This document shows, in pieces, positions 24,868-36,932 of a stretch of DNA of 64,000 nt; the stretch's first letter is position 1, and each line of letters begins with the position of its first letter. Under the pieces are notes generated by a model. It had not been told where the DNA came from. It saw nothing but the letters and a program-made list of their open reading frames with translations, and ran no database searches. The position numbers were made by a program, and so were the translations under genes. Source of the DNA: Sphagnum compactum (Eukaryota); assembly GCA_965153455.1 (NCBI GenBank), contig OZ234493.1, forward strand, positions 2,046,001 through 2,110,000, read 5' to 3'.

Positions 24868-27800
24868 TTACGCAAACATCTGTCTGAATGCTGTTCTCTT
24901 TTTGAAAGGAATGGTGCTTTGGTCCATCATCGCGAATCTTGACTTCGATGGAGTAGTGGGAATACTCATGTTCACCTCCAGCTGCTGCTGCTGCTGGTCT
25001 TTCTCCATATCCAAGGAGTTGTCCAACTGCATGACATCGGATCTGCAAAGAAAAAACAAAAGGTCCAAGCAAATTTGAGCTTGTAAAATTCATTCAAAAA
25101 ATTGCTAGCAATCGTATAATAATGGCGGTAGCTAGCTAGTAGCTCATATTTGAATCAACAAACAACAGTAGTAATTTCATGAGGAATTATAGCTTAATTA
25201 TTACCTTTCGCATTCTGAAATTGGAATTGCAGATAGTATTGCAGATAGAATTTCAGTTGCTACAGCATGACTCCCTTCTGCTCCAGCTGTTGTAGTACTG
25301 CGAGCATTGATTGTCTTCCAGAAAGCTGATTTTCTGGGGCTTCTCTGTTTGCGCACTATGGAGACATGGTCCAGGAACATGTCTGCCACTGCTTTTCGTG
25401 CCAAGCTCGGTGGTGCAGTCTCCATAGACTTTAATGAAGCCTCAATTGCTAAGCGGACTTCATGCTTGCTGCATTTGAGTTGCAGCAGTTGCCACCCACC
25501 AACAGGAAGTTAATAAGACCAATTCTTAGACCAAATTTTTGACACAATTTGGCACTCTGGATTCCATGAGGAATGGATTGAACGTCTATTAAACAAAAAA
25601 ATTAGTCTAGGATCATGTCCTGGAGCTGGGTAATAAATTACCTCGGTCGCTGTAGCTGCTTGCTGCATACTTTCCTAAGTACTTTGGAGCAGCGTGTCTT
25701 AGCCCCCAGTGGCTTCTTGCTGCAAACTTTGCTACGTACTGGGGAGCAGACTTTCTTAGCCCCCATGGGCTTCTTGCTGCAAACTTTGTGAATTACTTCA
25801 GAGCTCCTGGGCTTCTTGCTGCAAACTTTGCGAATTACTTCAGAGCAGAGTGTCTTCGCCCGCCTCTTTGGCCGTGAGACTTTTTCAGGTTCCTCAATAG
25901 CGGTAGAAGAAGATGCTCTAGAATGCACAACATCAGAAATCCATGATAGTGCAGATCAAATGACTTCTACTAAACATCCAATTAAGCATCCCATAATTAC
26001 AAATCAAGACAATCGATCACTTGTAGCTGCAGCTCTACCACATGCATTAGTGAGTTTAAACTAGTTCTTAATTACACCTATGTCACTCATTTGATCATTC
26101 TGCAAGTTTCTTCATGTAGTGTCCAAGCTTTTTTCTTCCTCTCAAAAGAGGAGGAAACCAAGATGGCATATAAAACCACAGCAGTACGTTCTAACTGAGC
26201 ATTTGCTGCATATCATCAAGTTCTGCTGTTCAGAAAAGGCATTGATTTAAATGTCTATAGCATTCATCAGCTCATATCAAGTGAAAATAGGACTAGATCT
26301 GTACTTGGTCTCAGGAGTCGATTTGGAGAATGATCCCACAAGCACTTGAGTCTCCTCATCTCCACTTGGAGGCTTGTAGTATGATTGCAGGCCTGCGGGC
26401 AAATTAGAGACCAGAGATTAACGTTGCATGTAGAGATTAGTCACTGCAGCTCATGCAGCTAAAATCATTCACCATCTTCATAATCTGCAAATGTCAATGT
26501 GTATTAAGATGGACGCAAGAGGTTATTAGTCAAGTTCTAGCTCAAAGGGAGGCCTCAAGCACATAGAAATTTGGTTGAAGTTCTAGTCAGGTTCTGTTAT
26601 TAGTTCGAAGGTGTAAAAGAATGACAATCTATGCTATTGATCTGTACGTCCAAAATTGGGAAAAGCTACCTACATTTTGATGGCTCAGCTGCCAGCTTGT
26701 AGTAGTCTCGGCTTTCAGCTCTCAGAAGCTTGACAAAATCAAGATCGTTCATTGTATTTCTCTGCATGCATGCATGCAGGTAACACAGGAATCATTTAGA
26801 ATCATTTAGAAGGGAGTGTTCAAGGCTCATATCAATGCAAAGCGTCCGTGTGGCTGATCAATCAAGATGCATGATGACCATGCTAACATCAATCCAATTC
26901 TTTTACATGGTACTTGAAGCTTACCAGTTCTTCGTCTAAGGCATAGTCACTAGTGAAGCGAAGCTGTATCTTGGTGTCCAACTTGTACTTCAGGTAAGCC
27001 CTGTCTTGGGCCCTGATTGACCCCATAAAATAGGCTTCAAATTACACTTGAGCAACCAGACAAGCTGTATAAGCTAGGGAAGCACAAGTTGCTAAGTGCT
27101 TGCAATGCAACATCACTAAGTTCTACATATATTCTTCAAGTATCTACAGTAAACCAGATTACTATTCATGAGGAGTTTGGGGAGACAAACAACTAATAAT
27201 TACCTTTTGAAGAATTACATACTCCTGAAGGATCCTGCAAGTGAACAAACAAATGAACAAGTTTCAGAAACCATTAACCAGATGTACTGGTGTCATCTAC
27301 ATTTGATGACAACCACAATTACTAATTAAAGGTCAATTTCTATATACATGCTACTGTAACATAACGGATGGTCAACAAATGGTCACATGGTGACTCATGA
27401 ACGTATATACCTATATAGACCCGCTTCTGTGGGCATCCTCTGTATGGCCTGCAAAACAAACACAAAAGTAAGGCTCACTGTTTGAATAGATCATCATATA
27501 TATATATATAAGCCATGTCAAATTTTGAACCCAGGTGCTGTAATACCCAGTTCATGAATGATCAGTATTTATATGAATAATGACTTGCATATTGTATATT
27601 TATGCATTTGATCAGGTTGGAGATTTTAATCCTAACGTTTTTTGTTTCTATTCAAGCAAGACTAGTGATACCAGTTGCAATACATCTAGCTGGTGGTACC
27701 CAGTAAGGAAGTCGTCAGAGACTCTGATCAGCACACTGATCAGCACAGCTGAACATTTAATGGTCTTGCATGTAGATCTAGAAAACACTAGTAGCCTTGA

Positions 27801-28063
27801 CTAGTAGATTCTTACCTGGACCAAGTCCCAAACTTGCCAGAGTCTTTATAAAAATGGATATGCCTGTACTTCGTCTTCACAACATTGCCGCTAGCAGCCG
27901 CTGCTGGGGCTACTGTGTTTTGTGCGGCAGCTAGGGCTTGTGCTTTTGGTGCTCTCCGTTGTGGTCCAGACTTGATCGCGAGTACCGTTGGACGTGCGGA
28001 TAGCTCCATCAGTGCGCTTGTTGCTATCCGTTGGTCTCGAGACATCTTCTTGGACATCTTCAT
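24868..28063 (-). pseudogene. Highly diverged AP2-domain gene with in-frame stops. Approximate exons 28063-27816, 27448-27411, 27234-27204, 27012-26925, 26761-26674, 26392-26305, 25917-25641, 25585-25205, 25042-24868
   Basis: Spliced: TKYRHIHFYKDSGKFGTWSRPYRGCPQKRVYIGSFRSM*FFKRAQDRAYLKYKLDTKIQLRFTSDYALDEELRNTMNDLDFVKLLRAES. This aligns by eye to AP2 (YRGV..GRW..VYLG.F..ARAYDRAAIKF..DY..L..M..EFV..LRR.S). All junctions are GT-AG and in phase. TAA at 27215-27217 and 25510-25512. Confidence 0.7.
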
Positions 28064-28838
28064 CTTAACTGCATGTGTTTTCCAGCATCAAGTCACATAA
28101 CTACATGGATTCTTTTGTTTTGTTGTTCGTAGTTATACAAGAGAGAGCTTTGTGCAGAAGGATGCACATGCCGGCTTCTGTAATGTAGGAAAGACAGACA
28201 GCTAACAGCTATTTGGAGGTTACCTTCCTCTGCAACCTGATACCGAGATGGCTTGACTTCCGAGACAAGCGAATTCAGCTTCCACCTGCAGGTGAAGCCA
28301 TAAACAGAGATGAGCGATCCGGTAGGTTAGCACAACTGTGCGCGCGACTGTCTACACCTCCTCACAGTTTCCTTGGAAACAGAACCTTGACAGCTTTGGA
28401 GAAACAAGAAATTCTCCAGCGATCAACAAGTTGGTGACTTCAGAAAGTAGCCGTTTACCACCCTCCATGCGCACATCCGCATCTCAAACAAACCACATAC
28501 GATCGACTCACTCACTCATGCGCCCAACATCATCTCCGTTCAAGCTGGCTAGTAATTGAATGTTGGAAAGTGGAGTTAGATACGGATAGATTCAAAAACT
28601 AGTGTACAGACGCGCCATGCTATGACAATGCAAGAGTGGAGAATATCAAGACATTTATAAGAGCTAGAAAAAAAAGAAAAAAAAAGGTCATCAATCTTCT
28701 CGTTGCAAAATAGAATTAACGTCACGTAAATTCTTATTAATCTAGAAAGCAGCTCTCTACATTCTACGAAACACGAAAGACTAAAGTTAACACGCCCGCG
28801 CGCGCGCCTGGCTACATGACACGAAACTTGACAAAACC

Positions 28839-29280
28839 GTAACAAGGCGCGCGCTCCACTTCAGACCACCACCACGACGAGAACGTAAAAGTAACAAGGC
28901 GCGCGCTCCACTTCATACCACCACCCCGAAGAGAGAGAGAGAGATAGGATAGGGACGAACCTTAGCACCGGCGCGCGCGGGCGTCGTCAGCTGCACGGAT
29001 CACCAGGAGCTCCTCCTGGCGTGTCCAAAGACGCCAAGACGAGAGTGTATAGAAATGGAGGGAGCTTTGTGGACGGGAGATACGACGACGAGAGAGAGAT
29101 GGTATAGGAGCTAACCTTAGCGCGGGAACCTTAGCACCCGCGCGCTTGCGGGCAGCCGCTCCACGGATCACCAGGAGCTCCTCCTGGCGCGTCCAAAGAC
29201 GCGAAGACGTCCAAAGACGCGAAGACGTCCAAAGACGCGAAGACGGGAATGTAGAGAAAGGTAGAGAGCTTTGTGGATGC
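28839..29280. repeat. Nested GC-rich direct repeats
   Basis: 35-bp GTAACAAGGCGCGCGCTCCACTTCA.ACCACCACC x2 (28839, 28891). About 110-150 bp CCTTAGCACC..GGATCACCAGGAGCTCCTCCTGGCG unit x2 (about 28958, 29127). 18-bp GTCCAAAGACGCGAAGAC x3. Confidence 0.9.
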
Positions 29281-32200
29281 AAGATGTAAGCTTGAGACAA
29301 CAAGACGACGAGACATGAGAGAAGAAGAGAAGAGGGGACTTGTCTACATCATTGTTTGGTTGGTTTGTTTGTTGGTTTGTTTTCTCACTTATTTTAAACT
29401 TTTTTTTGGAAATTTTTTCACTGTTTTTGAAGTTTTGGAGAAAAACTTGGAAACATCTTTTCATTTCAGTGTTTTACAGAAAAAATAAAAAAATGGAAAA
29501 GGTGTTCTTTTATTTGGTGTGAAATTGTAATAATTCAAATTGAAACACTGGGCTGTTGTAGACTGTAAAATGTTACTCTAGGTATCTTAGATCTATGTAC
29601 TGTACCTGTGAACAGCAGGTTGGTTTAGCAGGTCTCTACCCAATAATCAATTCATTTGAAAAAAATTAAGTTTCAGCACATAGAAATTTTGATGAAGAAA
29701 TTTCAATAATTCAAATTTTGACACCTATAAAATAATGAAATTTTAGTAAAACCTACTATACAGGTAGAGTATCCCTTTTTTTTGAAGATTTTGATTTTGC
29801 ATTTCAAGTAAGGCCCTAGGGTGGGGCTTTCTTGAAATAAGGATTTTGAAGATTTTGATTTTGTATTTAAATTAAAGGCCCTATAGTGGGGCATTCTTGA
29901 AGTAAGGGCCCTTGGATGAGGTGGTTGTTGAGGTGTAGCAGGCCTCTTGTAATTGTAAGGGACCTCCTCTTTTTGAGATATTAATGTGCCCTCCAAATGC
30001 ACTAGGAAATTTATCCCATTGCTTTATGAGCTGAACTTTTAAATTGCTAGCTTATCTCTTCAAGGTCTCATATTGGATTTAAATTAAAATCGCAACACTT
30101 CTGATTCACCAATTAAAGAGATAATTGCTTAGATACCAAAACATCTGGCAATTTCTTTCTATGGTCCATGCTTCTAATTTGGTTATGGCAAAATGGAGAA
30201 GAAGGATTGTAACCCAACTTCATTCAGACGCTGAAACCAACTGAAGAAGAAAACCCACACTTCAAATGGGGACTTTTAATTGTGTGAAAGAGGTTAGGGT
30301 TTGGGGTTTAAACCCTAAACCCTTGAACTGCCCACAAACTACATGTAAATCTATTGAAAATTTTGTTACTGTTTTTATATTCAGCCTCATGAATTCGGCC
30401 TCAAGCGTAAGACATCCATATTGATGTATCATGCCAGACATGGGCATACACTTGTTGCATATGGATTGGTTGCTGACATCAAAATGCATCGACTACACAA
30501 AGCTTGCAACCAGGCTAGGCTAGGTTTTCCAATTGTTTAAAATTGCATTTTAGTTAATTATTTTGTGAGCTTTCAATGAAACTACCTCCATGTAGATGGT
30601 TTTTTTTCCAATTCATTTTGGGATATACATGATTGGAAAAAGTTTTCTCCCAGTGCAGCTGTTGATAAGTACTTGATACTGGTTAACTCTGTTTTCCTAC
30701 TTTGCTTTTGCAATAAATAGTACAGTCTTCAGGATATTATCATCTTGTGGTACTCGATTGAAAGGTACTCTTCTAAGGCATGCAAAGAGAACTACAATTT
30801 GAAACCACTACCAAACCATATTCCAGAAGCCAGAAGAAACACAAGGACTATAGACTCGACAATAATGGTCCCCATTTTCTCTCTCTCTCCTTTCTCTCGT
30901 TTCAACCCTTCCTAAGGGTCCTTCTCATTTAATGACATGTCACGATAGACAAGCGAATATTAGTTACCGCATTGCGTCCCATGGCTTCCTATCTAGCACG
31001 ACCAAAGTAGTTTGATGATGTGAATCACAACCACTTGCAAATTGGGCACAAGAAACGTGGATCATATCCACTAGGATATTAGCTTAATATGTATTTCAAC
31101 AATTTATTGGGGAACTATGTAGTGATTATCCCCATCATGGAGAAATTATTGTGTGCTTAGAAAGAATGAATTGCCAATAAACCCCTCATTGGTTTCCTTA
31201 CTGAATTGATTTTTTAATTTTATTATAATTATAATTATTATTGCATTTTGATAAACACTCAAAATAATCTGCTGAAAATGACACTCATGTGAGTTCAACT
31301 TTCTCATTCTGAGAGAGAGAGAGAGAGAGTCACCAAGTTTTCCATAAGGGACTAATTTGACAAATTGGCCTCTACAGGCGACCGACCACACACGATGGCA
31401 ACACCCAATCCGAGTGCAGCCTTTTACTGTATCCATCCAGCATAGCAACATGCCACACATACTTACGCATACAACTTGGACACTGCAAGAACATAAAGAA
31501 AGAATTTTGGGAGAGAATTCCTTTTGTATTTTGAGTTTTGTTATTCCAGTGAACAAGCCTGGGGTTTGTGAACATGTGTTCCCAGAGTGTAATGTAATGC
31601 ATTATTCACCAGGCCTGGCAGATTGGGTGTTCCCAGAGAGTGTTCCCAGAGTGTAACATGGATCTGTTTTGAAAGAGTTTCAAAATTGTTTCTGAAGGGT
31701 ACTAAGGGACCCACAACATGCAGGCAGGGATGCCTCAATGGTTCTCACACCTTGAATTTGGGTTACTAGTTCCTATCACCCTGGTTTAATTTACAAGGGC
31801 AAGAAATTTCTGCCAGAAGCATCTCCACCCACACTAGTAAAAGTGGCTTGTACACAATAATTTGGATGAAGTACAGCCTTCAAGTACTTCAAATAGTGTG
31901 GAACAAATGGCCATGATACAATGACCTCCAATGGGGCCACTTAAAGGAAATGATTGTGTTTGATTGGTCGGCCATAATGATTGGCCCACGTAGCAACCAG
32001 GATTTATTTTTTTCAATTTTTCAGTTTCAAAAGTTCCGCAAAAATTTCCATTTTTTTCAAATTTATCACTAAAAAAGAAAAAGAATTCCAATTTTTTTGG
32101 TCACCATAGTGTGAAAATCCTCTAACAAAAAAAAAGAAAAGAAAAAAAAACATTGGAGGTGACATTTAAATATTCTCTCACTTTATACTGTGTTTTTCAT

Positions 32201-35200
32201 GTTTATGGGTGGGATGAGGAAATAAACAACAAAGTATGTTGGATGCAATAAACACTAAACACCCATCAACGGCCCAATTGGGGGGTGTGGATGTAGATGC
32301 TTTTATATGGATGCTTTCCCTTACACATCCATTTCCATGTTGGTAATTGGTTCTCCCAAAATGTTCTATCAACTAAATAGAGCACACAATTACAAAATTT
32401 TACTTGAGTTCTAATATGGACTACATTATATGTGCCATAAACTACTTGCAGACAGACATTGGCCCTAACAAAGTCTAAGAGACTTGTTTGCTCTTTGTTC
32501 CTAAGGTACAACAAGGACAATAAATGAATAAACCCACCCATGTGCCATGGTTTTCATAGTCCCCATGATCTAAATTGTTATTGAAGGCATTTCCTAATTT
32601 TTTGTCATGTTCTAAGTTTTGTCATGATGTTTGTACCTTTTCAAAATAACAAAGCAAGTTGAACTTCCAATTTGAACTTAGTGTTCTATTCTCATTAGGC
32701 ATTCCTAGGTGCGTTTCTGCGGGTTTTTCTTTTATCCTAATATACCCACAAGTATATATGAGAATAAATATCAAACCCTACTTGGTTGGTACAATTTTTT
32801 TACTCATTTAATTATTATATCCCACAATTAATAGCTATTTCAAACTTATCTTAATTTGACATTCCCTGGCTAGTATATATTTGAGGTTTACTTTTGACCT
32901 AGAAATTGAAGTCCATCGATGGAGGGTATATGCTACATATATTAACATAATTATATCACACATATGCATTCTCATATTTTTGCAATGCAACTGGTTATGA
33001 TGGATTTGTTTTAATTAAGGTGACTAACTATTGAATTTATTTTGATATGGACAATTTAGTTTTGTCCATTACACTAATCACCTTGAACAAGTTTCTTAGC
33101 ATAATATGTTGTTGAAACCCCTTTAGATGTTACGACCATTTGTCATTATAAGAATGTTTTAAATGTATAATTCCTAAGGGCGTTGCTTGGTTTTGTTTTA
33201 ATTTTGTTAATCGTTCTATACAAATGTTTTAAATTTCATTTTGCTCATGTTCACAATCTTGAACAATTGCACAACTTATTTCTTTCTTTGCTTGACAATG
33301 TGCCACATTTGTGTACATATTTGTTTAATTAATTGAAGAGGCTAATGCGAAATTCCCCAAAATAAATCTTGATGGAGAATCCTTTTACCCGGTGCTCATC
33401 TTCAACACGAAATTTCCCAAACACTTGAATGAGAAATGTTGGTGGATTATTATTACTTCTACAAGACAATTGTACCAATTTTTTCATTAAGCTTACTTCG
33501 AGCTTATCTGATAGTCATTTTCAAATTGGTAAACCAACCTTTCCACCATAATAAGTTAATTTCATTGGAATGGAGCTCATGTAACAAGGACCCCAAACTT
33601 CTAAAAGACCATGACAAAAATCGTAAAATCCCAAAATCATCACCGGCGGCAACAAGAGTGTCCTTAACATGACATTGCATCCGTAACACAAGCAACAATT
33701 ACTAGCGGTTACTATACAATGTGTTATGATGTGAACTTGCAAAACTTTATTCAAAAAACTTTATTAGCTTTCCACTTGCAAACTACATCTCAAGATACAC
33801 TTGATCTTCTCTCTCTCTCTCTCAATCCACTCACAGGAACAAGGCACCGACCAATTCTCAAGAGTATTTTGCACTGCATGTCCCAAGTCCTAATACCAAC
33901 AAGGCCCATGGTTTTTGTTTTTTTTTTAAATTTTAATTTCTTAATAAATTTTAATTCTATACTAAATTTTCTTGATATTGAAAATTTGGAAATTTTAAAA
34001 ATTTGGAAAAAAAAAGAAAATTTAGTCATTTTTACGTAAGAAAACCAAACAAATTCCAAAATTTTCTCAAATTTTGTTCTTAAAAATGACAAAATTTGTT
34101 GAGAAACAACCACTGCTATGGCCTTTTTTTTCAATTGGCTCTACCTCTCAAGGGAGACTCTGACACATGGAAGGACAATAAAGTCCATTTGGTTGCACAT
34201 TTTCAGGGCCAGAGTGCACCCAGCACCCAGCAAGTGCACCATGCAGGATGGATGGTGTGGATGGACAGAAAACACTTTTTCATTGTATTCCTCTCCCGTA
34301 ACTAACCATGGTGGTTCCATAACTAACCACAGTGGTTAGCTATGAACTAATCATGGTAGTTAGATATGTGCTAACCATCCACGTGGATCTACCTACCTAA
34401 AAAGCCACCAAGTGACGCACCTACAAACCCACCTACATAAAAACCTTTACATTACCTACCCACTTACCTAGGATAAGTATCCACTTACATATAGGCCACT
34501 AGTCGGCCCCATTTACATACAAATCAATTGCCGCCACAATTGTGTTTGAAAATCACCTATTTTTTACCCTAAGGTGAAGGTTACCTTACTCTAAGGCTAC
34601 TTCTATGGTTGACATCAATATTGGCCAGATATAGGTAAGTAGGTTGGTTATCAACATGAACAATGCCCCGGTTAGCAACTATTCATATCGGGACTCTGCC
34701 CATTTTCCAAATTTGGAACTATTGGTAACCAGCTTCTGGAACTCCATTTACATATCCTTATTCATCTGCATATATATGCAAACCCACATCATTCATTTAT
34801 TCATATCCATGGGTATATTTTGATGAGACCTCGAATATGCATAGTTATGTTATACATATCCATATGTGGTGTTTAGGGTGCAGATATGTACATCCAGATA
34901 TGCATATCTTTTATATCGTTTTTAAGCTTAAGGCACTGAGCGTTCAGGGTTAGGGTTTTCAACTTTCAACCTTCTCAAGCAACATTGAGCCTTTAGGTTT
35001 TTCAAGTTTTCAAGCTTCACTCTTACAAATCATATAATTTATTTGACTAAAAAATTAAAGTTAAAAACCATTCATTTTAACATTTGGTCAATGTGATCAC
35101 TTAGTCATCTTGGACAAATCAATTTGAACATGTCTAACTTGATTGGTGGTTTTTTTTATTGACGGTCTTTTTGACTAGTCAAATAGGCCAAAAAATTGGG

Positions 35201-36932
35201 GAGCCAAAAAATTAATCAAAAAAATAGTTCAATTTTTAAATATAAAAATATATTAAATAATTAAATAATAAGTACTTAGGGTGAAAGCACACTACGATGA
35301 CCCCATTTGGAGCACTTTTGGGTCTCATATTATAGTACATATAGTATAATTGTTTCAAAAGTATGGTACATTTAATTTTGGGTATCAATTTTGGTTTTTA
35401 AGTCGAACAATTATTATTTTTAAAAAATTTATGTTATGTAAATGGCTGCTTTTATTTCTCATTTGTATTCCATGATACCCGACAACTATCATGGGGGAAT
35501 TTTTTTTCCTGTGAGGTCTTTATGCATGGTATAGACCTCGACCATGGGCTTTACCTCTCACATAAAGACCTTGGCAGAGAATCATTCCACAAAAGAGCAT
35601 GCAACTTTGTGCAAGGTGGCCTCCATGTGAAGGTATCATGTGCATATGGAGGCAATTTACATTGTTTTGGGAAAGATGATGCTTATGGAAAGGATCAATT
35701 CTACAGTTCCAGCTACATCATTGAGTAATCTTTTGTGACAAAGCTCAAATTAACTACAGGACAAGTCCCCATTGAGAAAAGTCCTCCATAAAGAGTCAAG
35801 CTCTGATACAGATTTCTGGGTATCAAGCCTAAGTACAATTGAGAGACCTGACACTCAAAAGATTTCAGATCAGACAACATTTGAGGGAAAAATAGGTAGG
35901 AGATCCAACCCCAAAACTCAGAGTGAACTGGGGAGCAGTTTCAATGTGGTGACAGTCAGACTCATGCAATACGTGCATGCAAGTTTGCTTTAAACTGCAA
36001 CAAGTATTGTAGTGACCAGCTATAATAGCATCCCCAAGTTTCTATCATGAGTCCAAAGTCCAGCAGTGGCATTATGCTGATTAGCTCCACAAAATGCAAG
36101 AGACAGGGAGGGGAGATGAACAACAAGACCAAGGAGCAAGGGAAACACTAGAAATGAAGAAGAGAGAGAAACAGAGAACTTTCAAGCTGAGGATGTCAAG
36201 GTCAGACATAACATATGAGACTATCATTGGTGTTAACCAATCTCTCCATACAATTTCCATAGCATCCTACAACACTGCTTATCTGAAATTACAGATGCAG
36301 AAATGCATAACTGATAGACTGTAACATCCAGCAAAGGCAAAAAGAGTGTTGCTGTGTCTGCCACCTTGCAGAAACTTTTTGCTCCAAGGACAGGGAAGCC
36401 CCTAGAATTTCAAGCTCTGGATGACCAGCTCACCCATGACCCCCGAAACAGCTGGACTGGTTGTTAAGAGGAAACCCTAAGGATTCTTCAAATGGCTCTC
36501 TTCAGGTACATTTTGGCCAACATTCCTCATTCAGAAACCTCCAGTAAACAGGATTCCACTCTTGTATTGTGTTACTTGGCCACCAACAGACCACATGTGT
36601 CAAAGTAGAGCTACACCCATCAGGAACAGGAATTAGACAACGGAGTATTTGATCTCTAGGAACAAGAATTAGACAACAGTGTTTGATCTCACCCTTCTTT
36701 CGGTGAATGGTATTTTTTGGACAGGAAACACAACCCATCAATAACTTACTTTACATTTGAAAGTAACAGTGTAAAGGAATGCAAGTGACTGAGTAAAAGT
36801 AACCACTTGACTGCCTTGGTAATGAGCCATTGATGCATGTCTCCAGCCCATACATCACTGCCCTATTCTATACAATTTGATGAAGGTCTTGCTATTCCGG
36901 ATTGTTCCCTGCCAATATAGAAAAGCACTCCA

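Noticed and set aside
25510-27217. Stop codons repaired by U-to-C RNA editing or recoding
   Set aside because: Such editing is known from organelles, not nuclear mRNA. Other genes in this window use TAA as a normal stop.
21575-29570. Terminal inverted repeats for the 8-kb block
   Set aside because: Only a weak CTACAA..CCCA match, and no target-site duplication.
30294-30322. Telomere-like TTAGGGTTT..AAACCCTAAACCCT
   Set aside because: Only two or three units; too short for an interstitial telomere.
33300-33760. Possible transposase remnants (also about 62780-62990)
   Set aside because: Coding-like texture, but no motif I can assign.
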